Source of the DNA: the human T2T-CHM13v2.0 reference genome, Homo sapiens
Assembly (NCBI GenBank): GCA_009914755.4
Contig: CP086569.2
Location: forward strand, 10,272,001 to 10,336,000
Length of the DNA stretch: 64,000 nt
Reading direction: 5' to 3'
The notes below the pieces were generated by a model. It was not told the DNA's origin. It was given only the letters and a program-made list of their open reading frames with translations, and searched no databases. Made by a program: the position numbers and the translations under genes. This document shows, one piece after another, positions 33,575-45,560 of this stretch. The stretch's first letter is position 1. Every line of letters begins with the position of its first letter.

Positions 33575-34456
33575 TTTATTTTATGAGGCCATCATCACCC
33601 TGATAACAAAACCTGACAAAGACACAACAGAAAAGAAAATTTCAGGCCAGTATTCCTGCTGAATATCAATGCAAAAATCCTCAATAAAGTCCTGGCAAAA
33701 TGAATCCAGAAGCACATCAAAAGGCTTAACCACTACAATAAAGTCAGCTTCATCCCTGGGATGCAAGCCTGGTTCAACATAGGCAAATGAATAAACATAA
33801 TTCATCAAATAAAGAGAAGTAATGACAAAAACCACATGATTATATCAATAGATTCAACACCCCTTCATTCTAAAACCTCTCAGCAAACTAGGTCTTGATG
33901 GTATGTATCTCCAAGTAATGAGCTATTTGTTATAAACTCACAGTCAATATCATACTGAATAGGCAAAAACTGGAAGCAATCCCTATGGCAACTGGCACAA
34001 GACCAGGGCAGGGCAATCAGGCAAGGGAAAGAAATAAAGAGTATTCTAATAAGAAGAGAGGAAGTCAAATTGTCTCTGTTTGCAGATAACATGATTGTAT
34101 ATTTAGAAAATCGCATCATCTCAGCCTGGAATCTCCTTAAGCGGAGAAGCAACTTCACCAAAGTCTCAGAGTACAAAATCAATGTGCAAAAATCACAAGC
34201 ATTCCTATACCCCAATAATAGAGAGCCAAATAGTGAGTGAACTCCTATTCACAATGGCTACCAAGAGAATAAAATCCCTTCAAGTACATCTTACAAGGGA
34301 TGTGAAGGACCTCTTCAAAGAGAACTACAAACCACCACTTAAGGAAATAAAAGAGGACACACGCAAATGGAAAAATATTCCATGTTCATGGATAGGAAGA
34401 ATCAATATGGTGAGAATGGCCATACTGCCCAAAGTAATTTATAAATTTATATATAT

Positions 34457-34487
<31 letters not shown>

Positions 34488-35845
34488 CACACACACACAC
34501 ACGCAACAGATCAGAGGCCTCAGAAATAACACCACACACCTACAACCATCTGATCTTAGACAAAACTAACAAAACAAAGCAATGCAGAGAGGATTCCCTA
34601 TTTAATAAACGTTGTTGGGAAAACTGGCTAGCCATATGCAGAAAATTGTAATGGGACCCCTTCTTTAGACTTTATACAAAAATTAACTCAAGATGCATTA
34701 AAGACTTAAATGTTAAGACCTAAACCCATAAAAAACTAGAAGAAAACCTAGGCAATACCGTTCAGGTCACAGGCATGGACAAAGACTTTATTACTAAAAC
34801 ACCAAAAACAATGGCAAAAAAGCCAAATTTGACAACTGAGATCTAATTGAATGAAATAACTTTTGCACAGCAAAAGAAAGTATCATAATATTGAAGAGGT
34901 GACCTGCAGAATGGGAGAAAAATTTTGCAATGTATCCACCTTACAAAGGGCTAATACCCAGGATCTACAATAAACTTAAACAAATGTACAAGAAAACAAA
35001 CAACCTCAACAAAAAGTGGGCGAAGGATATGACAAGACACTTCTCAAAAGAAGACACTTATGCAGCCAACAACCATAAGAAGAAAAGTTTATCATCACTG
35101 ATCATCAGAGTAATGCAAATCGAAACCACAAAGAGATACCATCTCATGCCTGTTAGAATGATGATCACTGTAAAGTCAAGAAACAACACACGCTGGAGAG
35201 AATGTGGAGAAATAGGAATGCTTTTACACTGTTGGTAGGAGTGTAAAATTAGTTCAACCATTGTGGAAGACCATGTGGTGATTCCTCAAGGATCTACAAC
35301 TAGAAATACCATTTGACCCAGCAATCCCATTACTAGGTATATAACCAAAGGATTATAAATCATTCGGCTATAAAGGCACATGTGCACATATGTTTATTAT
35401 GGCACTGTTCACAATAGCAGAGACTTGGAACCAATCCGAATGCCCATGGATGTTAGACTGGATAAAGAAAATATGGCATATATTTGCCATGGAATACTAT
35501 GCAGCCATAACAACGATGAGTTTATGTCCTTTGCAGGGACATGGATGAAGCTGGAAACCATCATTCTCAGCAAACTAACACAAGAACAGAAAACCAAACA
35601 CCATATGTTCTCACTCATAATTGAGAGTTGAATAATGACAACACATGCTTACAGGGAGGGGAACATTAGACACAGGGGCCTGTCGGTGGCAGGGGATAGG
35701 GAGGGATAGCATTAGGAAAAATACCTAATGTAGATGACGAGTTAATTGGTGCAGCAAGCCACCATGTCAAGTGTATACCTATGTAACAAACCTGACTGTT
35801 TCGCACATGTACCACAGAACTTAAAGTATAATAATAATTTTTTTA
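33575..35845 (+). mobile_element. 5'-truncated older L1 (ORF2 RT domain through the 3' end).
   Basis: Sense ORF2 translation ...[59 protein letters not shown]..., then ...[55 protein letters not shown]..., then the L1 3' end ...acttaaagtataataataattttttt. It contains a (CA)n/(TA)n microsatellite at 34447-34508. Confidence 0.88.
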
Positions 35846-38052
35846 AAAGGACCTTATTGAGAAAATTAAACTGAGAATCTTTGCCTTATTTGTGGTTTTG
35901 GCTTCTGAACAATCTCTAAATGTAATCTCCTTACACTTTTTGCATATGGTTAGTATTGGAGATAATGCTTTTCTTTAGTACTGAGAGTGGAGACTCCCAA
36001 TTTATGATCAAATAATTTAGCAGAATGCACTTGGGCCATATCATATCCATTTTGGGATGAGAGGACACTGTTGCTAAGTACTTACTGTCTGAAGTCACGA
36101 GAAGGAGCAAACATAAAATGCAGAAGTGAGTTTTCTGGATGCATACGTACATGTGGTCCTACAAAATTTTCTTTCTTTTGTTCAACAAATTTTATTTGGT
36201 ATACGTATACTGTTCAGTGTTGTGGATACAATAAGGATTGAGGAGTCAGTCCTTCACTCAAAAGACTTACCGTACAATGGGAAAAATGGAGGCCATCTCC
36301 CATGTCATTTCTCTATATCACTAAAGAAAATTTCAAAAACAAAATTCTTAAAATAAGGAATTTATATTATTATACAAATTATGTAATACCTAGATGTAAA
36401 TGGAATTACAAGCTGTTTTACCAAAACTACATGTTATTATTGAGATAAATTAGAAAATGTTTAATAATAGGATAAATATAACATATTCACAGATTAAAAA
36501 CAATGTTTTTAAGATTTATAATTTTTCTAAATTTATTTATGGATTCAATACACTCTCAATCAACGTCTCCTCATTTGCCTGTGTTATTAGTAAAGTCCAT
36601 CTCATACATGAGATACAATCTTGGATAAGAAAAGGAAGAGAGAAGTGAAATGAGAAAACTGAGCATATGAGCATTGTTCTTAAGGGACTATTTTTATTAT
36701 TGCATTGAGCTAAGACTACTTGATTTCCTTTTTTAATTTTTTTTTTGTGAATACACAGTCACTGTATGTATTTACTTGGTTTTTTGAATACAATTTTTCC
36801 TGATCCTGAGGTTTGAGATGCTCAAGAGGAACATCAGGTAACTTGAATACATAATAAAGAAGTTATAATTTATTTATTCCTCGGAGTATAATGCAGATAC
36901 ATGTAAGTCTTCCTATAAAGTTCTTAAAATATATATCTAATTTGCTTATAAAAAGTTGAACCATTTTTAGTCTTTTTAATATCAGTGCTCAATTCATCAT
37001 CATTCTTCATTTTCAGTATTTCTGTTATAGAATTTTATTAACTTTAATTTGGGCATTGAAACACTCGAACAGTATCATAAATTCTATTGCATCATGCATT
37101 CCACTGCTGCATGTGATACCATTAGAAAAGAAGTGCAGTGCATAAACAAATTTATTTAATATGTTATTTTCATTTATTTAAGTGTTTTGATCCAGATTAA
37201 AATTGATGAATATGAGCAAGAAGCCAAGACAAGGATGCAAAATTTTGACCAATTGATGAACACTGCTAACATTTTAATCTTTGTTATTTTGAGATAAAAA
37301 TTATGGGTTTTAAATTTGTAAACTCAGTAATTTGTAAAAATTCATGTGTGTGTTGATGTCTACCTATCTATCATCTATCTATATATACAACTTAACAATA
37401 AAACTATAGATAAAAGAACTGAACTTTATATTATATTTGCAGTATGCAATATTTTCCTGGGCATTATAGGCTTCATTTAGTCCATTTAATACACTATGAT
37501 TTCATAGTAATATGAAAATATATTTCTTAATGAACTACTTTACATTATTAATCAGCTATATATAGGAAGACAAAGTTGAGATAAGGACCAAATATAGCCA
37601 TTTTTAATAAAATAGTCCAAGGCATCACCATGTTCTATGTTCTAATGAGGTGCTACTATAAATTTAAAATCACTTTTAATGGCAAATATAAAGTATTATT
37701 GAAGCTAATTAACTTCCGTAGATTCCCAGAGATAAGACGTCTTATTCCTTTCACTTAGAGGGTGTGTGTATGTCTCAGGGAAGAATTTAGCTGAGGTTGT
37801 ATTTGATTAGATTGATTAAATATGCATTTTACTCCATAAATATAATTTTTATGTGTATTACTTGAATATCTATTTCTAAAAACGTAGAGCTTTTCTTTAT
37901 TTCATGCTGTTTGCCCCGGTCTACTAGGGGTTTGAATAGGGAAATCAGCTGTGTTCCTGAAAATGTGAATATATTCCTAAACATGTTCTCTATCTCATCT
38001 GTAATCTTGTGCACCAAGAAAGTCAACGCATTGCCCATTCCATTGTGAATAC

Positions 38053-38340
38053 TTTGTTTTTGAGATGGAGTTTGGATCCCATCATGCAGGAGTGCAGTGG
38101 TACAATCTCAGCCCACTCCAATCTCTACCTCCTGTGTTCAAGTGATTCTCCTGCCTCAGCCTCCTGAGTAGCTGGCATTACAGGTATGTGCCACCATGCT
38201 CAGCTAATTTTTCTATTTTTAGTAGAGATGGGATTTCCCCATTTTGGCCAGGCTCATCTCAAACTCCTGACCTCAGGTGATCCAGCTGCCTTGCCTCCCA
38301 AAGTGCTAGGATTACAGGTGTGAGCCACCATGCCTGGCCA
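38053..38340 (-). mobile_element. Alu SINE.
   Basis: tttgagatggagtttggatcccatcatgcaggagtgcagtgg...ggattacaggtgtgagccaccatgcctggcc. Confidence 0.9.
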
Positions 38341-40029
38341 GAAAAAAAAAAAAATCTGTTTTCACTTTTTGCTCATAGTGTCCATACAGTTTCTCTTCTT
38401 CTTGCCTTCTCTAATCAAGAGATATGTATCTCTCCATCTTTCTGTGTAAATCTTTTTAAATCTTTCTTCCTCATTTCCTATGCCATCTCTTCTCTGAAAG
38501 AAATGATTATCTTCTGCTGTACTCAATCTCCCTCTCCATTCAGCCTTCATAATACTAATATACCTCTGTATCTCTCTCACAGCACCATTCACTTTTTATT
38601 TTCTATCATGGTTAATCAGCTTTACAAACATTCCTTGAGGGAGGGGTTTTTATCTAATTTATTTACTTTTTCCTCCCACAAAACTAATACAACAGTTTGA
38701 GGGCCATTGGTGCTCAACAAACACTTTAAATGGTTTATTTATTCAAGACGGTAAATCAAGTCAGGTAGATATTACCCGTCTTTTCCTTTAAAGTGTAAAG
38801 ACTGGAAAACTCCAAAAATCCAGAAATACCAAAGCCTGATCATGATGGAACTGGCATAGAGTGTAAATCATTATTTACAATTGAGCCTCAGGTTCCTCAA
38901 CTCATTTTTAATCCCTGAATCTTTTAGACACCACTTTTCTTCATCAAATCATACACTGTATAAGAATTAATTATTCTTAACTTTTGGCTAACCATGATAT
39001 CCCTTTTCCCCCATGTCCATTCTTATTTTTTTATACAACAGAATTTTTGGCTTATTGTATAACTGCACAGATCAATACATTATATTCCTGCTTTGCCTGA
39101 GGTCAGACATAACCATGTTATAAATTTCTGTGTGGTGCAATACATCAGAATAGGTTTGTGCAACTTCTGGGCTGTGCCTTTCAAAGGAGGGAACTGTCAT
39201 TCCATTGTCCTTATAAATCATCTGGCTGGCTGGCTAGAATGTGGTCATGACTACAGGAGTTGGAACAGCCTTCTTGCACCATAAGATGTTGTCTGTTGAG
39301 GAGAGCAGAACAACAAAATAGAGGGAACATAGGTCTCTAAAAACGTTGAGGATTACAGCAACCACATCAGCTTAGAATTGTATATAAGAGAAAAGTTAAC
39401 TTCTGTCTCATTTGAAACTACAATTATATTTTAATGAAGCAGAACTCACTGATTCCACTGTTGCTATTATCCCTACCACTATTGTACCGGCAACCTTTAC
39501 TACAGAATCAAATAAAGTTATCATGACAGGTTATCAGAAACCAACTGGATTGGTATCTTGCCATCCCCATCTCATATTTGTCAACTTAGATGACAAACGG
39601 ATAAATGCTAGAATATAAAATAAATCTCAAATTAAAACTTAACACAATTTCCTCTGAACCATGCCTAGGTTTTGGTTTTTGCTTTTATTCTCCATTCAGC
39701 AGTGAAAGAAAAGAGAATATTTCAATAATTATTATATAATATAATATATATGTTACTTATTCTAATAATTTAATTTTAAAATAATTTAAGAATAAACATA
39801 TTTATAAAATTATTGACTTTAAAACTTTCATTTAACAATAATATGTATTCTATGATACAGTTTTTGCTTAGAAATATATATTTATATATTCATGTACATT
39901 TGTATGAATGTGTCAATGTATATTCAAATAAATATCATGAAAGTTTACATAATGACTTCTCAGTTATGCCCTCTGGGAGAGCAATTAAAAATGGTAAGTG
40001 AATAACTTTGGCTGTTTTATTATATACTC

Positions 40030-40830
40030 ATGTATTAATTAAAGTTTTCAATAAGCATTGGTCTTTTATCAGCAGCATGAAAACAGACTAATACAATGAA
40101 TTGTTATGAGGAGTGGGGTGCTGCCGAAAAGATACCTGCAAATGTGGAAGCGACTTTGAAACTGGGTAACAGGCAGATACTGGAACAGTTTGGAAAGCTC
40201 AGAAAAAGAAAGAAAATATGGAAGAGTTTGGAACTTCCTAGAGATTTGTTGAATGGCTTTGACAAAAATACTGATAGTGATATGAACAATATGTCCAGGC
40301 TGAGGTGGTCTGAGATGGAGAGGAAAAACTTGTTGGGAGCTGCAGGAAAGGTGACTCTTGTTATATTTTAGCAAAGAGACTGGCAGCATATTGCCCCTGC
40401 CCTGCAGATTTGTGAAACTTTGAACTTGAGAGAGATGATATCAGGTAGCAGTCTCAGGGCATATGCCTGCAGCTGCAGGAAGATGTATGGGAACACACAC
40501 AACTCTCACTCCCAGATAAGCACAACAAAGAGACAGAGACGTAGTCCAAGCCTCTGACATACTCTTCCACCCTGAATCCTTAGAAACTGTTAGTGTGTAA
40601 GAAACTGTCCCTTTAACTCACTCAGCCAGAAAAACCTCTCATATTTGTTTTCTTTAAAATAAACCTGTCCTTCACCGTCAAGCCACCTTTCTTGTTTCTT
40701 TCCTCTTTCTTCAGTTCCTAGGTTTGATGCCAAAACCTTTGACTGGTGTTGGGAGCAGAGGCTTTCTTGCAACCCAGGAAGCAGTGAGCAATGGTAGCTC
40801 ATCCTGAGTTAACTCCTGTATCCTAAAGGT
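40030..40830 (+). mobile_element. ERVL-MaLR fragment (THE1/MST/MLT1-like), comprising the 3' end of an LTR followed by internal sequence.
   Basis: The LTR terminus ...tcttttatcagcagcatgaaaacagactaatacaatg resembles MaLR LTR ends (...tattagcagtgtgagaacggactaatacag). The internal sequence ...gaggagtggggtgctgccgaaaagatacctgcaaatgtggaagcgactttgaaactgggtaacaggcagatactggaacagtttggaaagctc resembles the start of the MaLR internal consensus (ggtaccag..agtggggtactgctgtaa..acctgaaaatgtgaaagtggctttggaactgggtaatgg). Confidence 0.55.
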
Positions 40831-41040
40831 CTCTGGCCACATGCCCCATCTTTTCTCTCACTTCACTTTTCAAGTGATTTGTGTGAGGAGGACAACTAAC
40901 TTGAAGGGACTGTGAGGGCCAGGCTGAGGCTACTCCCCAGTGGGCTCTCAAAACACTCAGGTCTCAGGAATCCACTTCTGACCACCTGCAATGAGTATTT
41001 TGTTCCCTAACCCTCCCTCGCAACCTCTTCGTCTTCTTTC

Positions 41041-41094
41041 TCTCTGTCTTTCTCTCTCTCTCTCTCTCCATCTCTCTCTCTCTCTCTCTCTCTT
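41041..41094. repeat. (CT)n microsatellite.
   Basis: tctctgtctttctctctctctctctctccatctctctctctctctctctctctt. Confidence 0.95.
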
Positions 41095-41792
41095 CCTGAA
41101 ATGGCTACAATCTGGGAGGGCCTTTGCCAATTCCATCCAGAAAATCCAATATCAGATACTAATTCGGATGACTGGTGACATCTGCCTTCTCCTGGCTTTC
41201 TGCCCTTGCTGGAGAAAGTCGGGCCTGCCGTCCAGGTCTTGGGAGGTCCAATGGGACTAATGGGGCTGAGCTAGAGGAAATCTTGGCACCCAGTTCCTTC
41301 TCAGCTTAAGGATACTATTTTGGAAGGAGGACTCTCGGTCTCTGTCTTTTGTCTGGGGATGCCTAGAACAAAACAGACACACCTAGCTTCCACTTACCAG
41401 TCCACATGGGTGCCAAACAATCTCATATCCCTACATCCTCCCCACTGGACTGCTGTATTCACAACCTAGCCAAGCTTGGCTTATGGCAGACCTTAAAGCC
41501 GAAGTATTTAATTTTCTACTTCAACAGAGATTTAACAACTTTATTACTAGAAATGACAAATGACAAGAGGTTTCCTCAGATTCAGGCTTTCTGCTACAGT
41601 CAACCTCACCCCTCCTCCTTTTCTACCTGTTCAAAAACTACTCCAACCAGTTAAATCTTCTCTGCCATTCTCCCTCTCCAGGAAGTGGCTAGGGTTAAAG
41701 GCAGTCCTTGCATTCATGCCCCCTTCTCCATGTCTAATTTGTGGCAAATCGAACGGCTTCTGGGATTTTTCTCTAAAAATCCCTCTCAACAA

Positions 41793-42225
41793 TGATAGAC
41801 TGGATTAAGAAAATGTGGCACATATACACCATGGAATACTATGCAGCCACAAAAAATGATGAGTTCATGTCCTTTGTAGGGACATGGATGAAATCGGAAA
41901 TCATCATTCTCAGTAAACTATCGCAAGGACAAAAAACCAAACACCGCATGTTCTCACTCATAGGTGTGAATTGAACAATGAGAACACATGGACACAGGAA
42001 GGGGAACATCACACTCTGGGGACTGTTGTGGGGTGGGAGGAGGGGGGAGGGATAGCATTAGGAGATATACCTAATGCTAAATGACGAGTTAATGGGTGCA
42101 GCACACCAACATGGCACATGTATACATATGTAACTAACCTGCACATTGTGCACATGTACCCTACAACTTAAAGTATAATAATAATAATAATAGTAAAATT
42201 CCTCAAAAGAAAAAAAAAACCCTCT
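41793..42225 (+). mobile_element. 5'-truncated young L1 3' end.
   Basis: atgatagactggattaagaaaatgtggcacatatacaccatggaatactatgcagcc...gggagggatagcattaggagatatacctaatgctaaatgacgagttaatgggtgcagcacaccaacatggcacatg...cttaaagtataataataataataatag. Confidence 0.9.
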
Positions 42226-42542
42226 CATTAGCACAGGAAATTCCTGCACATAACCCAGGCCTTTAACTTGGCATACCATATATATAATTCTATCTCCACC
42301 CTTACCCTTAAAAAAAAAGAGTGCTCAGCTTAATTAAAATGGATATCTAAGCTATAAGTATATTCAAAAGTCATTTATCATTTTCTCTTCATAAATCTTG
42401 TTTTCCTAAAAAAGGCTTTTTTCTCAGTCAAAATTTCTTTTCTTCACTCTGTCTTGCCACTCTTGGTGCATGCATAAAAGACCCCAGAATAACTTGATGG
42501 CCTAGGAATCCGTAGGAAGATAGAAAATTTTCCACAAATCCC

Positions 42543-42845
42543 AGGCCAGGTGCAGTGGCTCATGCCTGTAATCCCAGCACATTGCGAGTCTAGGTGGGTG
42601 GAGTACCTGAGTTCTGGAGTTCGAGACCAGCCTATCCAACATGGAGAAACACCATCTCTACGGAAAATACAAAATTACCTGGGCATTGTGGTGCATGTCT
42701 GTAATCGCAGATAACTCCATAGACTGAGGCAGGAGAATCTCTTGAACCCAGGAAGCAGAGGTTGTGGTGAACTGAGATTGTCCCATTGTACTCCAGCCTG
42801 GGCAAATGAGTGAAACATGCAAAAATAAAGGAAAAAAAAAAGAGT
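42543..42845 (+). mobile_element. Alu SINE.
   Basis: ggccaggtgcagtggctcatgcctgtaatcccagcacattg...gcctgggcaaatgagtgaaacatgcaaaaataaaggaaaaaaaaa. Confidence 0.9.
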
Positions 42846-45179
42846 AAAACATAAGGAGCATAGGTTTTTCCTGCCCTTCTGAAATCCCAGAGGCAGAGGT
42901 ATGGAGTTAAAGGAAAGTTTTGCCCCCTTGCGATTTGATCGCTAAAAAAGAACTTCACCATGTGGTGTTTGTGGCAACATAGGTCACCTATGGCACAGAA
43001 AAAGTAAAATAAGGGTATGGCATTGTTAAGCAGAGAGAGAATGCTGAGATAAGTTTCAGAGATGCTCTTATGTGGGGGGCCAAAGATAGGACTCCACTGT
43101 GCTCCCGTGTCTCCTGGAAGAGATGGAAGAGAACTCAGCGCAGTGCTAGGAGGCATTCCCAGGGCTACCCTGACAAGAGATAAGGTAGTCATGGTGCTGA
43201 AGCCACAGTATAAACAGCCTCGTTGGGCATCTAATAGAAGGTTTATTTATTTATGTATTTATTTTCAAACTTTTGAAAATAAAAGAAGAGCACAACTAAC
43301 TCCTGAATCATCCAATACAACAAGTCACAAATTTATGCTGTCACTCAGAACAGAGCATGAGAATTTCAGAAATGATCCAGAAATCCTACAGTAAAGATCT
43401 GGGTGAAATCAGGTGCACAAAGGTCACGCCAGGAGCCTCCCATCTCTTTTCCACTTTTTAAAGGGCAAGTGTTCCATTTGTGACCCTCCTGACATTCTCA
43501 TTTGCTACTTTGGAACTTATAAGGGGCACTCTGTAAAACAAAGCTCTTTCCTGAAAAACAAAAACAAAAACAAATAAACAACAGTGTTAGATACTATTAA
43601 TTAGCCACTTCAAACCTCCACCATAAATTTGTCAGGGTCAGGGCTTGTGAGGAAGATTAGGTTGATAAATCACACCCAACAACTTTCAAGTACTGCTACA
43701 TCACAGTTGTTCTATGCGTAAATTTGTAGCACTACCACAACACTTAGATTTAATGTCTTTCCATCTACTTCAGTTCATTCACATTTCATATGTAATTCGT
43801 ACGGTTTTAAAAATACATACTTAAGATATGTGTACTGCTTTCAGTAAAGGAATCTAAAATGAAAAGTATTCTGATCCAGAGTAAAAAAATTGTATGTTTT
43901 GTGGCTGATGCTGTCTCTGCTGCCAACTGGCTCTGTATCCTAGGCCAAGTCCTTTAATTTCTCTGGGCATTCATTTTCTCCAGAAAATGAGCAGACTGGA
44001 CTAAATCATTGCTGAGGTCTATTTTGATTTCTGACATCCTTCACTCATAGGAGTGATAAAATAAGGATGGCTGAGATGATCATGGTTAGACTGGCATTAA
44101 TCATTAAACAATGTTAACAAGTGTACAACCATTTAGTGAGTTCAGGCCATCTGCCTGGCAAAAAGTAAGTCATTTTATACAGGTTATTTCTAATCATTTA
44201 AACAACCACATGAGGAAATAGAAGTTGAGAGAGTTTGTAATTTGCTCCATGCTACACAGTTGGTAACTGGCATAGCCAGACTTCTCACTCATGTTTTCTC
44301 TGAAGCTTCTAAATTATATATAATACTTATTTTCTGTCCTTTTAAATTGTTTGATTTGAAGATAACAGCTTCCAGTCATTGTGAAAATTTTATACATCAT
44401 CCAAGCTTCCCATTCTCTCTGAAGCTCTATTTATAGCATTGAGGCAAAGCAATCTATGTCCTGAACTCATGAAGAATTCACTTCGATCATGCATTTAGTA
44501 CTTATTTTCAAAGCTAATACATTTTTCTAATCTCCTGTAACTATCTCCTGTGTCCTTCCCACAAAACTATAAATGCTCTGAAGCAATGTCAAGAAATGCT
44601 TGGGAGGAGCGTGGCATCAATAGGGCTGGAACTCGAGTGAAGAGACTAAGGTGTCTGCCATCAAAACCTCAGGAGGTCTCATTGTCTGGACTTCACCAGT
44701 GCTGGGTCAGCTTAGCTGGTTCCTGGCCCCGGACAGCCCATAGCAGCTGGTGGATGGCTAACTCACTGAAACGGTCTGAATGAAGTTCAACAAACTTAGT
44801 TCTCGACTCTGATAACCACTGATTTGGCTGCCCGAAGAGATCCTATGTAGTGCCTGGAAAATCAATCTGGTGAAAACAAAACTGAAGTCCAGAAGGCAGA
44901 GTAGAGGAAAGCCAGTGGAAATGCCTTCCTTGGTAGCATATTACTGTAGTATAATGAGTCACCAAATATCTGAAACACAAACTCATTCTGTTATTCCCTA
45001 GAGCTAAAAGCCCCAGCAATATAATGTTGTAAATGGAAAGATTTTTGAAGAAATTCCTTTAGCTTTCTTCAGCCCTTGACCTATGTGGGTTAGTGCCATA
45101 GCAAAACATCACACACTTCTTGGTGACACTTGGTAACATTATCAAACAAACAAACAAAAAACCACACACACAGAAATTT

Positions 45180-45560
45180 ATTGTCTCATATTTCTGGAGA
45201 CTGGAAGTCCAAGTCAAGATGTCATCACCTTTGATTTTTTTCTGAGACCTCTGTCCTTGGCTTACAGATGGGGGCCCACCCTTTTCGTGTTTACATGGTC
45301 TTTTCTCTGTGCTCAGGCATTCCTGGTGTACCCTTGCGTGTCAAAATGTCCTCCTCTTATAAGGCCACCAGCGAGACTGGAATAATGCCATATCCAATTG
45401 CTTTCGTTTAACATAATTACATTTTTAAAGCCCTTATAGCCAAATACAGTAACATTCTGATGTAATGGTTTTAGGACTTTAATATGAATGGGTTGGGGCT
45501 TGGGAAATCAGCCCATAATACCATAAGTCTGGAAAATTGTAAGCTGTCACATAGGCAGAT
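45180..45560 (+). mobile_element. Ancient mammalian interspersed repeat. I could not assign the family from memory.
   Basis: ttattgtctcatatttctggagactggaagtccaagtcaagatgtcatcacc...ccttggcttacagatggg...tcaaaatgtcctcctcttataaggccaccagcgagactggaat...aaatacagtaacattctgatgtaatggttttaggactttaatatgaatgggttggggcttgggaaatcagcccataat matches a very common ancient repeat family that I recognise but cannot name. Confidence 0.45.

Noticed and set aside
38341-38354. An A13 tract immediately after the 5' (right-hand) end of a minus-strand Alu, possibly a misplaced poly-A tail.
   Set aside because: It is most likely a pre-existing A-rich target-site sequence, and there is not enough evidence for anything unusual.
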